From IMG/VR virus record IMGVR_UViG_3300011441_000005, positions 1 to 40,301 of that record: 40,301 nt of DNA. One strand, 5' to 3'. The DNA comes from a virus. Made by a program: the position numbers and the translations under genes. Position 1 is the first letter of the stretch; every line of letters begins with the position of its first letter. This document shows positions 17,758 to 25,317 of this stretch, piece after piece. The notes under the pieces were generated by a model that saw only the letters and a program-made list of their open reading frames with translations, was not told the DNA's origin and did no database searches.

Positions 17758-20504
17758 TGGGAGGCATCCAACTGTTCCAGCCTGGCGGCGCGGGCGTGCT
17801 CAACGCCGCCGGCGCACAGCACCCATCTCCGGTGAATGTCGAGGTGGCGCTCCTGTGCCAGCTATCGCCCGTCGGTATCACTTCGGCAACGTGGCGATGG
17901 TTTCTTACGAAGCCAGCCGGATCGGCCTCTGTGCTGTCTTCGACGACAAGCGGCGGGCCGTCGTTCATGCCCGACATCGAAGGCGGCTCCTATAGCATCT
18001 CGCTTTTCGACATCGACGAGAATGAGTACATTCTAGACATCGTCACCCCGACTACGGGCGGCGGTGGCGGTGGGGGCGGTGGCACGGTCGTTACGACCGT
18101 TGACGATTACGACTCCGTAAGAAGCGCGGCAACGTTTACCGGCGTACCTCCGGCGGTGATCATCGTCCAGTCCAGAGAGACGGTTGATGATGGCGGCGGC
18201 GGGCTGTTCGCCTTCGACTCGGGCGACACGTCCACGGCCGACAATGACGGCACGGTGCTTGTTGGGGCGGCTGGGTACAGGTTCAAGCGCATCTTTTCGG
18301 GGGCCATCGACGTCCGCTGGTTTGGCGCTAGCGATGCCGCCGTGGACAACACGGCTGCCATTCAAGCGGCGCTCACTTTCGGCGGGCACATCTACATTCC
18401 GGAAGGAACGTACAACTTCGCCTCGCGGCTCGTCGTATCGACGGGGACGCATATCGAAGGCGCCGGCAAATATTCGATTCTCAATTACGAAGGGGCTGGC
18501 ACGGCGATACGCCACGAGAATCCGACCGGCACCACAACCGCTCAGATGGTGTGGGCCAACTTCGCGCTACATGGCGGAGCTTCGGCGAAGATTGGGGTCG
18601 AGCTCGTCAATGCCTATGCAGTCACGCTATCGAATATCGATATAGATGGCGGCGGTACAGGCTTCGACGATGCTGGCATCCGTGTCACGTGTGAGTTCGG
18701 CGCGTTCAATTCTGCGTTGATCAACATCTGCGACGGCACGAACGTGCATGAGTGCGCTGGCGACGGCATCCAAGTCTATTACCCGCCCGCAAAGACGATG
18801 ACTCTCGACGCCGGCCTCAACATCGTCAATTGCACTGCCCACGGCAAGCTAGAAGGCGATCTGGCTCTTTTTGCGACGGACGGCTCGCTAGCCGGAACGG
18901 GCATTACAGACGGAGTGCAGGACTTCTACTACGTCCGCAATCCAACGACGAACAACTTCCAGATCTCGCTCACACCGACGGGCGCGCTCGTCGACATCAC
19001 CGGCACCGGCACCGGCCCCCATCGCCTCGTAGGCCCGGGAGCTCCCGTCTCCGGCCTTAACGTGCTCGGGTGCCTAATATCGCAATGTCTGAACGGCATC
19101 AATTGCGACGCCGGCACGGTTGGCACGGCAGGGCAGGTCGCGATTACGGACACGATTCTTCAGTCGAATAGCCGTTGCCAGATCACGGGCTCGTTCCTCC
19201 GTGGCGAGATCTCGAATTGCCACATGGAGCAGGGCGGACCGGCGCTCACAGCTGGCGCGCACATCGTACTAGGCACAGATCAGCAGATCTACTCCCTTCG
19301 AATCGAGGGGAACCTAATCAGCGGCGGCGTCGCTGGTCAGGACTACTCGATCGACATCTCTCCTACGGGTGCCGTCTGCCGCAACCTGACTATCGTCAGC
19401 AACTTCATGAACCGGGCCTCGCAGTACAACATTCGCGTATCCACTGTGCAAGGAGTGGATATCGGCGTAAATTACTACGGTAATTACCAGGTCGGCCCCG
19501 TCATATTCGCCGACTGCACGTGTGTTCGCTTTCAAGACGCCGATTTATGCATGGACACCATGTCCACGCGCCGGGTCATAACTGACAACTACACGGCAGG
19601 GCTGCTTGACGAACTCATCCAGGTGAATGCCCTAGCAAAGACGGTTACGCTGCCAAGCGGCAATGCGTTCTCTTTGTACGGAGGCAAGCGGTACACCATT
19701 TACAATCTTCTTGATACGACGACAACAATCGACTTTACGAGCACAGATGCCGCGCAGGGCTCCGGTGGCTATTCCCTGGTTGGCCAGTATTCCGCCATCA
19801 CGTTCGTCGCCGTCACGCCGGATGATGGCGCTACATTTCAATGGGTGGTCCAATCATCGTCGTCGCTTTTTTCGCGCACGCTCCACGGTTCCGGAACGCC
19901 AGAGGGCGCAGTCACGGCCCCGGTGGGAATGCGCTTCGTCCGCACGGACGGCGGAAGCAGCACCCTACTGTATCTCAAGGTAAGCGGCACCGGCGACACC
20001 GGCTGGGAGGCCGTCGTAACCGAAGTCCACGAGCTCGCGATGACGCGCATTTCGCGAGGTCATCCAGCGTTCGGAACTCCGACCCTTTGGTCGATCGACC
20101 AATACGGCCGCGCCGTTTGCGGGACGACGGCCGGGGACTTCGCTTATTACGCGCTTGAGCTGCCCGACGGAGCCCAATTGACGGACGTCGAGCTCACGGT
20201 CATCGGTGGCGGCAATGTCAACCTACCAGGCGTCATGCCGCGGTTTCGAGTGCGCCGCGTGTCGATGGCGGATAACTCCGTCTCTGCGTCCAGCGACGCG
20301 GTCGACGGCTCCGCGAGCGTTGGCGTGTACAACGCGCTGCACACGATCACGCTGTCCAGCCTGTCCTACTCGGTGAACCAGTCATTCAAGTTCATCGTGG
20401 AATTCGATTCCGAGAGTGGAGCCAATGCCGTTGTCGGCTTCACGATCATCGGGGTCAAGGCGACATTCACAGTATTCGGTCCAGGCGATAGAGGCGCTGG
20501 ATAA
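17757..20504 (+). CDS. Tailspike / polysaccharide depolymerase (right-handed beta-helix, pectate-lyase-3-like)
   Basis: 915 aa. A poly-Gly linker (TTGGGGGGGGGT) is followed by IDVRWFGASDAAVDNTAAIQAALTFGGHIYIPEGTYNF, the N-terminal signature of pectate-lyase-fold tailspikes. Confidence 0.8.
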   Translation: MGGIQLFQPGGAGVLNAAGAQHPSPVNVEVALLCQLSPVGITSATWRWFLTKPAGSASVLSSTTSGGPSFMPDIEGGSYSISLFDIDENEYILDIVTPTTGGGGGGGGGTVVTTVDDYDSVRSAATFTGVPPAVIIVQSRETVDDGGGGLFAFDSGDTSTADNDGTVLVGAAGYRFKRIFSGAIDVRWFGASDAAVDNTAAIQAALTFGGHIYIPEGTYNFASRLVVSTGTHIEGAGKYSILNYEGAGTAIRHENPTGTTTAQMVWANFALHGGASAKIGVELVNAYAVTLSNIDIDGGGTGFDDAGIRVTCEFGAFNSALINICDGTNVHECAGDGIQVYYPPAKTMTLDAGLNIVNCTAHGKLEGDLALFATDGSLAGTGITDGVQDFYYVRNPTTNNFQISLTPTGALVDITGTGTGPHRLVGPGAPVSGLNVLGCLISQCLNGINCDAGTVGTAGQVAITDTILQSNSRCQITGSFLRGEISNCHMEQGGPALTAGAHIVLGTDQQIYSLRIEGNLISGGVAGQDYSIDISPTGAVCRNLTIVSNFMNRASQYNIRVSTVQGVDIGVNYYGNYQVGPVIFADCTCVRFQDADLCMDTMSTRRVITDNYTAGLLDELIQVNALAKTVTLPSGNAFSLYGGKRYTIYNLLDTTTTIDFTSTDAAQGSGGYSLVGQYSAITFVAVTPDDGATFQWVVQSSSSLFSRTLHGSGTPEGAVTAPVGMRFVRTDGGSSTLLYLKVSGTGDTGWEAVVTEVHELAMTRISRGHPAFGTPTLWSIDQYGRAVCGTTAGDFAYYALELPDGAQLTDVELTVIGGGNVNLPGVMPRFRVRRVSMADNSVSASSDAVDGSASVGVYNALHTITLSSLSYSVNQSFKFIVEFDSESGANAVVGFTIIGVKATFTVFGPGDRGAG

Positions 20505-20514
20505 GGAGACGAAG

Positions 20515-20796
20515 ATGGCAACAGAGGGAACGACTTCGCAGACGTTGTTGGTGCAGCTGAAGACAGCCGCAGCGGACCAGGTGCCGTCGCCAGGCGACGG
20601 GCCGATCCTGTTCGGCGACGCGGCCAACGGCGGCCAGCTCACTGTCAAGCTGACCGACGGCACGACGCACGTGGTGACCTTTCTGCCGGGCGGGGCACCG
20701 CCGGAAGTCGAAGGCGATGCCGCTGACAATGAGGCACTGATGAACCTTCTGACCGCTCTCGCTGGGATCGGGCTCATCGTGGACAGTACGACGTAA
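20515..20796 (+). CDS. Hypothetical small protein downstream of tailspike
   Basis: 93 aa. ATG 20515 is preceded by AAGGAG (20503-20508). Confidence 0.6.
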   Translation: MATEGTTSQTLLVQLKTAAADQVPSPGDGPILFGDAANGGQLTVKLTDGTTHVVTFLPGGAPPEVEGDAADNEALMNLLTALAGIGLIVDSTT

Positions 20797-20804
20797 AGGG
20801 AAGC

Positions 20805-21128
20805 ATGGGCGATGTGAGCGACATAGGGGACCTGCTCGCGAAGGCGCTGCGCGAAAAGCGATTGCGCGTCGTGTGGGCGCTGTGCACTGCCGCGGCCACG
20901 GTGGTCTGCACTACGGCCACCGTCTCTTGGCAGGTGCGCGGGTACGTCGCCGCGATCGAGCACAAGGCGGACGAGCTGCGCTCGGACCTGCGCGTGTACG
21001 CAAAGGACATTGAGCAACTTCAGGAGCAGCAGAGAGAGGACAAGAAAGAACTCGCACACATCAGGGAGCGGGCTGACAGCGCCTTGCTCATTGCGCAACT
21101 TGCAAAGAGCGGGGTTGTAAAGCCATGA
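20805..21128 (+). CDS. Type-II membrane, coiled-coil protein (i-spanin-like candidate)
   Basis: 107 aa. It has one N-proximal hydrophobic segment (VVWALCTAAATVVCTTATVSW) followed by a charged heptad-like region (ADELRSDLRVYAKDIEQLQEQQREDKKELAHIRE). It heads the lysis cluster. Confidence 0.45.
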   Translation: MGDVSDIGDLLAKALREKRLRVVWALCTAAATVVCTTATVSWQVRGYVAAIEHKADELRSDLRVYAKDIEQLQEQQREDKKELAHIRERADSALLIAQLAKSGVVKP

Positions 21129-21301
21129 ATTCCGAATTCGAAACACGGTTGAAGGTTATCGAGACACAGCAGGTGATGATTATCGACTTGCTGAAAGACA
21201 TCTGCGCAATCCTTGGCATCAGAGAGAAGGCCATCGATAAGGCGAAGCGTCTCGAGATAATGAACGGTGAGACGTTCGAGCAGAATGAGGTAACAAAATG
21301 A
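21125..21301 (+). CDS. 58-aa hypothetical protein in an AT-rich pocket (not in ORF track)
   Basis: Hand-translated as MNSEFETRLKVIETQQVMIIDLLKDICAILGIREKAIDKAKRLEIMNGETFEQNEVTK. ATGA overlaps at both ends link it to its neighbours. Confidence 0.45.
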   Translation: MNSEFETRLKVIETQQVMIIDLLKDICAILGIREKAIDKAKRLEIMNGETFEQNEVTK

Positions 21302-21504
21302 CGGCTGAACAAGTTGTGGAATTGCTGGCGGCCATTACGGCGCTTACCGTCGCTCTGCATACGCTCGGCGCCGCGGCCAATCCGTGGGTGAGGGCGTTGC
21401 TCTCTATTCTCCCGCTCGACGTCATCGGCGCGATTCGGCGGGCAAAGGGGAAGGCTGGCGCGGCCACTGCCCCGAACATCTGGGGCGACCGGGGGCCTGA
21501 GTGA
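21298..21504 (+). CDS. Holin candidate (two hydrophobic helices, basic tail)
   Basis: 68 aa. VVELLAAITALTVALHTLGAA and WVRALLSILPLDVIGAI are followed by RRAKGK. It lies adjacent to the endolysin. Confidence 0.55.
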   Translation: MTAEQVVELLAAITALTVALHTLGAAANPWVRALLSILPLDVIGAIRRAKGKAGAATAPNIWGDRGPE

Positions 21505-21713
21505 AGCGCCTCAAGCTGGTCATCGCCGTGGCGCTCTGGATCGCCTTCGGCGCCTCGTGCAGCGGCGGCCGGCCATCGCCGGAGACGGCCATCCGGGCGG
21601 CGCTCGACGTCATCGAGATTCTATGCCCGCCCGAGACCACCATGGGCGATTGCACCAATCGGATACGGGCGTGGCTACCGTCGAAGCGCATCGCCGACGC
21701 GGGGGCTGATTGA
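21501..21713 (+). CDS. Small lipoprotein (o-spanin-like candidate)
   Basis: 70 aa with a GTGA overlap start. It has a signal peptide plus lipobox (LWIAFGAS-C), and the short mature part carries 3 more Cys. It is immediately upstream of the endolysin. Confidence 0.55.
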   Translation: MKRLKLVIAVALWIAFGASCSGGRPSPETAIRAALDVIEILCPPETTMGDCTNRIRAWLPSKRIADAGAD

Positions 21714-22456
21714 TGCGCTCGATCCTCAAGGTGCGCGGCATCTCAAGGCTCACGTCCGAAGAGCTCCACTCGTTCTTTGCGTGCGCCGACACCATCGGTA
21801 TAGATCCGGACTGGCTTGCGTGCGTCGTCTCGTTCGAGACGGGGGGCTCGTTCTCCCCGTCTCAGCGTAACCACTGGGCAGAAGCCGACGCCAAGCGCCG
21901 CGGCGTGCCGTACAGCGGGGCGATGGGATTGATCCAGTTCATGCCGCAGACGGCGCGGTCCCTCGGGACATCGACAGAGGGCCTAGAGGCGATGTCGTTC
22001 GTCATGCAGCTCGGATACGTGCGGCGCTACTTCTCCACGTACGCCGACCGAATCGACAACCTCGAGGATTGCTACCTCGCCGTCTTCTTCCCCGCGGCCA
22101 TCGGGAGAGCCGACAGCTACGTCGTTGGGCGGCGAGACGACCCTGGATTCTCCGGGCGCGTGTTCGAGCAGAACGCGTGGTTTGACGGCAGGGGCGGGCC
22201 GAAAGACGGGGAGATCACGCGGGCGGAGATCTGCTCTGCGATCCGCGCCGTGCGCGCCGCGGCCGACGGACAACGCATCAACTTCGGCACGGACGACACC
22301 GGCGAGGAGCCCATGGAGTTTCCGAAGGTGGCGCCGCTGCTCGACATGACCCAACTCGCCCGCGACGCCGACGATGCGGCGCGGGACGAGACGCACGTCG
22401 AAGAGGGGCACACGATCGCGCTCGCGCCCGACGAGGAGAAGGACGAAAAGACATGA
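21713..22456 (+). CDS. Endolysin, lytic transglycosylase (SLT-type)
   Basis: ATG 21713 (TGATG overlap); TTG 21710 is an alternative. VVSFETGGSF (candidate catalytic Glu) and YSGAMGLIQFMPQTA match the SLT motif pattern. Confidence 0.75.
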   Translation: MRSILKVRGISRLTSEELHSFFACADTIGIDPDWLACVVSFETGGSFSPSQRNHWAEADAKRRGVPYSGAMGLIQFMPQTARSLGTSTEGLEAMSFVMQLGYVRRYFSTYADRIDNLEDCYLAVFFPAAIGRADSYVVGRRDDPGFSGRVFEQNAWFDGRGGPKDGEITRAEICSAIRAVRAAADGQRINFGTDDTGEEPMEFPKVAPLLDMTQLARDADDAARDETHVEEGHTIALAPDEEKDEKT

Positions 22457-22899
22457 CCATCAGCAACACGTACGAAGCTGCGATCCTGGCGCACATCTAC
22501 CAAAATATCGCCATCCCTGGCCTGGGCGACGCCGCGGGCGTTCTGCCGTCGGCGGCGGCTGGCACCATCAAGGTCGCGCTGCATTCTTCCGACCCGGGGG
22601 ACGCGGGCTCGCAGACAACCAACGAGATTGCTTACACTAGCTATGCGCGCGCAACGGTCATTCGCGGGTCCGGCGCTGGCGCAATCACGCTGTCAGGCAC
22701 ATCTCCGACGCAGATCTCGAACACGTCGGCCCTGTCGTGGCCAATGTGCACGGGGGGCACCGATACGGCGACGCACTTCAGCTTCGGCGACGACGACGGC
22801 GACATCATCCACTCCGGCGCCCTGAACGCACCGCTATTGATAACGAACCTCATCACCCCAACCGCGGCGGCGGGCGCGCTCGTCGCCACACTTGACTGA
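22453..22899 (+). CDS. Fiber-like small structural protein (family recurrent in phage tail modules, function unknown)
   Basis: 148 aa with an ATGA overlap. NTYEAAILAHIYQNIAIPGLGDAAG...ALHSSDPGDAGSQTTNEIAYTSYAR resembles a recurrent phage fiber-associated family. This is recalled from memory, not searched. Confidence 0.5.
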   Translation: MTISNTYEAAILAHIYQNIAIPGLGDAAGVLPSAAAGTIKVALHSSDPGDAGSQTTNEIAYTSYARATVIRGSGAGAITLSGTSPTQISNTSALSWPMCTGGTDTATHFSFGDDDGDIIHSGALNAPLLITNLITPTAAAGALVATLD

Positions 22900-23696
22900 T
22901 GACCGACATCCTATCGCTCGACAACTACCTCGCCGCGGCGAGGCAGCGAATCAATTGGACCAAGACGGCGTCGAGGACGACGATCGCCGCGCAGTGGTTC
23001 TCTGTGTTCGATCTCGCCGGCAACCCAGGCGCGGGCGTGCTCGCCGGCACCAGCACGACGGCCGGCGTCGTCCCCACCGACGCGACCGCGGGTACGCCGA
23101 TCATCAATGCGTTCGGCGGCTCTGCCACGGGGCGGCTTTCCAAGGTCGAGTTTGGCTCGACAGTGGCTTGCCGGATTCAACTGTTTGACCTGCTTTTCAA
23201 GGCGGGGGCGTACGCATTCAACGCCAACACCGCCCTCTCCGCGCAGCCGTCCTATGCCGCTCGGCTCCCTGGAACCAACTACTCCCTCACGGAGATATGG
23301 GTAGAGCAGGTGACGGCGGCCACCGGAAACCAGGCCGTCAACGTCACCTACACCGACCAGTCTGGCAACACCGGCAACACGACCGGGGCGACGGGCGTAG
23401 GCGCGGCTCCCACGGTGGGGCGGTGCTGGCAGCTCCCATTCGCGGCCGGAGACTCCGGGGTCCAGGTCGTCACCAACGTGCAGGGAAGCGTGGCGACAGC
23501 TGGAACATTCAATGTTCTAGTCCTACGCCCGCTCTGGTCCGGCCGCGTGCGGCTGGTCAACGATGGTGACGTCCACGATCTACTGCGCACCGGCATGCCT
23601 CAGGTATTCGACACCAGCGCCTTTTATTGCATGATCGCCGCCGACTCCACAGCGAGCGGGATTCCAGATCTCGCCATCGAAGTAGCGAACGGCTAG
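22899..23696 (+). CDS. Hypothetical protein of the post-lysis module
   Basis: 265 aa with a TGATG overlap. It is Thr/Gly/Ala-rich and has no recognisable motif. Confidence 0.6.
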   Translation: MTDILSLDNYLAAARQRINWTKTASRTTIAAQWFSVFDLAGNPGAGVLAGTSTTAGVVPTDATAGTPIINAFGGSATGRLSKVEFGSTVACRIQLFDLLFKAGAYAFNANTALSAQPSYAARLPGTNYSLTEIWVEQVTAATGNQAVNVTYTDQSGNTGNTTGATGVGAAPTVGRCWQLPFAAGDSGVQVVTNVQGSVATAGTFNVLVLRPLWSGRVRLVNDGDVHDLLRTGMPQVFDTSAFYCMIAADSTASGIPDLAIEVANG

Positions 23697-23699
23697 GCC

Positions 23700-24467
23700 A
23701 TGGCGAACGTTTGGCGGCGGCAACCGTCGAGCCGCCTTCGGTCGTCCGATCTCGTCGCCGGGATAGACGAGTCGGCGGCCGCCGCCGTCGCAAACACCTT
23801 TTGGGAGGACGCGCCGGGGGGCGGCCCTGGCGTCGTCGATGGCACTGCAACCGGCACCGGCACCGCGTTCGGCGAGATCTACGGCGTTGGCGACGTCAAT
23901 GCCCTGCTCGGCTCGAGCGCAGGCACAGGGACGGCCACGGGCGTGGTCACCGGGACTGGCGAGGTGGGGGCCGCCGTGGGCCTCGCCGTTGGCTCTGGGA
24001 CGGCCTCAGGCGCGGTCACCGGCGCGGGGGCCATATCGGGCACGGCAACCGGCGCTGGCACCGCCACGGGCGAGCTGGCGCCTCTAGGAGACGTCTCCGG
24101 CGTGGCCTCGGGCTCAGGCACCGCCACGGGCGCCATCACCGGCTCGGGGGGCGTCGCGGGCACGGCGGCCGGCCAGGGAACGGCCACGGCAGAGCTCGGT
24201 GGGGCTGGCACGGTCGAGGGTACGGCCGATGGTACCGGCACGGCGGCGGGGCAGATATTCGGCATCGGCGACGTCAACGCGCTCCTCGGGTCGAGCCACG
24301 GCACGGGGACGGCCTTCGGCTCCGTCACCAGTTTGGGGGACACGTCGGGCATTGCCCACGGCTTCGGTACGGCGTACGGCGACGTCGTCGGCGTGCCCCC
24401 ACCTCCGCCCCCGCCGCAGCTCATCAGGCGCCGCGCGTGGGCCCCGCAAGGGATGGGCAGGGCTTAG
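23700..24467 (+). CDS. Repeat protein built from about 20-aa GxGTAxGx(V/I)xGxGx(V/I)xGxAx units with a poly-Pro basic tail
   Basis: 255 aa. There are eight to nine degenerate repeats followed by PPPPPPPQLIRRRAW. It is the last gene of the rightward late block. Confidence 0.65.
   Translation: MANVWRRQPSSRLRSSDLVAGIDESAAAAVANTFWEDAPGGGPGVVDGTATGTGTAFGEIYGVGDVNALLGSSAGTGTATGVVTGTGEVGAAVGLAVGSGTASGAVTGAGAISGTATGAGTATGELAPLGDVSGVASGSGTATGAITGSGGVAGTAAGQGTATAELGGAGTVEGTADGTGTAAGQIFGIGDVNALLGSSHGTGTAFGSVTSLGDTSGIAHGFGTAYGDVVGVPPPPPPPQLIRRRAWAPQGMGRA
23841..24395 (+). repeat. Degenerate tandem array of about 60-bp units (coding)
   Basis: GTGTA(T/F/S/A)G units recur about every 20 codons. The outermost units are the most similar to each other (GEIYGVGDVNALLGSSAGTGTATG vs GQIFGIGDVNALLGSSHGTGTAFG). 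Confidence 0.8.
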
Positions 24468-24655
24468 CGCGACTTCGGGTTGCGCTGCGCGAGCCACGCG
24501 TCAAGCGCCTTCTCCGCGGCGCGGTACGTATCGAAGCCACCGCCGATCCGCTGCTGCCGTTCACCCTTCGCCGCTGGTGAGACGATGCTCCAGCCGGGCC
24601 GGCCACGCTCGCGGCGGATCGACCCGGTGCCCTTCTTGCGAAAATGCTGCTCCAT
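24464..24655 (-). CDS. Stand-alone integrase-arm-type (AP2-like) DNA-binding protein
   Basis: 63 aa. KGTGSIRRERGRPGWSIV...RIGGGFDTYRAAEKALDAWL resembles the N-terminal arm-binding domain of tyrosine integrases. It has a TAATG overlap with the nuclease gene. Confidence 0.45.
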   Translation of the reverse strand: MEQHFRKKGTGSIRRERGRPGWSIVSPAAKGERQQRIGGGFDTYRAAEKALDAWLAQRNPKSR

Positions 24656-25317
24656 TACGCCACCTTCTTCAGCACGGCATCGAGCTCATAGAGCTTTCGC
24701 ATGCCGCGAAACGCCTCGAGGCCCACGTCGAGAATGGCCGGCGGGAAGAAGTGGTAGTGAAAGTCGCCGAACTCCTTTCCGACCCGAAGGAGGTGGGCGC
24801 CGTCGAGCTCTTGGCCGGTGCACTCGCGCACAATCTCGCGGTAAGCGGCGAGCTGGATCACGTACTCCGGATAGATGCGCCCCGACGTTTTCCAATCGAT
24901 GAGCGACGCCTTGCCGTGCACGAGGCCGATGGCGTCGTAGGTCCCGCCGACGCGCATCGCCTCCGAGACGTGCGGCGTTTCGGTGGACAGGATCTCGAGA
25001 TTCACTTGCGCTCGCCACGTGCGGAATGCATCGAGCCCGTTTGCCGCAGCGGCCAAGTCTTCCGGAGTGGCGTCGCGGAATTCGGTCAGCGGCCGGCCAT
25101 GCACCTCGTCGTCGATCCACCCGTGGCACATCTTGCCGATGCCACCGGCCTGGTCGCGCACGGCGTTGATGTCCCCACCCTCTAGGCCGATCTTCCAGGC
25201 CCAATTGATGAGCCCTCCAGCGTCCTTGAACCGACCCACAACGGTGGTCACACCGGGCACGCGCTTGCCGTCCTTCGTCTTGTAAGCCGCGGGGCGGCCG
25301 CCTCCGTTAGCCGGCAT
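24655..25317 (-). CDS. PD-(D/E)XK exonuclease (RecB/Cas4/lambda-Exo-like)
   Basis: ATG 25317, 220 aa. GTYDAIG...SLIDWKTSG...YVIQLAAY gives the D...(D/E)xK...QxxxY motif set. Confidence 0.75.
   Translation of the reverse strand: MPANGGGRPAAYKTKDGKRVPGVTTVVGRFKDAGGLINWAWKIGLEGGDINAVRDQAGGIGKMCHGWIDDEVHGRPLTEFRDATPEDLAAAANGLDAFRTWRAQVNLEILSTETPHVSEAMRVGGTYDAIGLVHGKASLIDWKTSGRIYPEYVIQLAAYREIVRECTGQELDGAHLLRVGKEFGDFHYHFFPPAILDVGLEAFRGMRKLYELDAVLKKVA

Noticed and set aside
22453-24467. A diversity-generating retroelement (target gene plus template repeat), considered because of the post-lysis position and internal repeats
   Set aside because: No reverse transcriptase ORF exists anywhere in the genome, and there is no adenine-specific mismatch pattern between a VR/TR pair. 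The similar blocks are both inside one coding array.
23627-24580. A 317-aa Arg/Gly/His-rich ORF on the plus strand, plus antisense ORFs 23879..24424 (181 aa, Pro/Ala/Val-rich) and 24114..24497, all overlapping the repeat-protein gene
   Set aside because: These are phantom frames created by the 60-bp GC-rich repeat periodicity. They run across the convergent gene boundary at 24464-24467, have no RBS or coupling logic, and have extreme composition. The Gly/Thr/Ala frame (23700..24467) fits the operon.
24199-25185. A 328-aa plus-strand ORF opposite the exonuclease gene
   Set aside because: The minus-strand frame carries clear PD-(D/E)XK motifs and is coupled to its neighbours. The plus-strand product is Arg/Ser/Pro-rich with no motifs.
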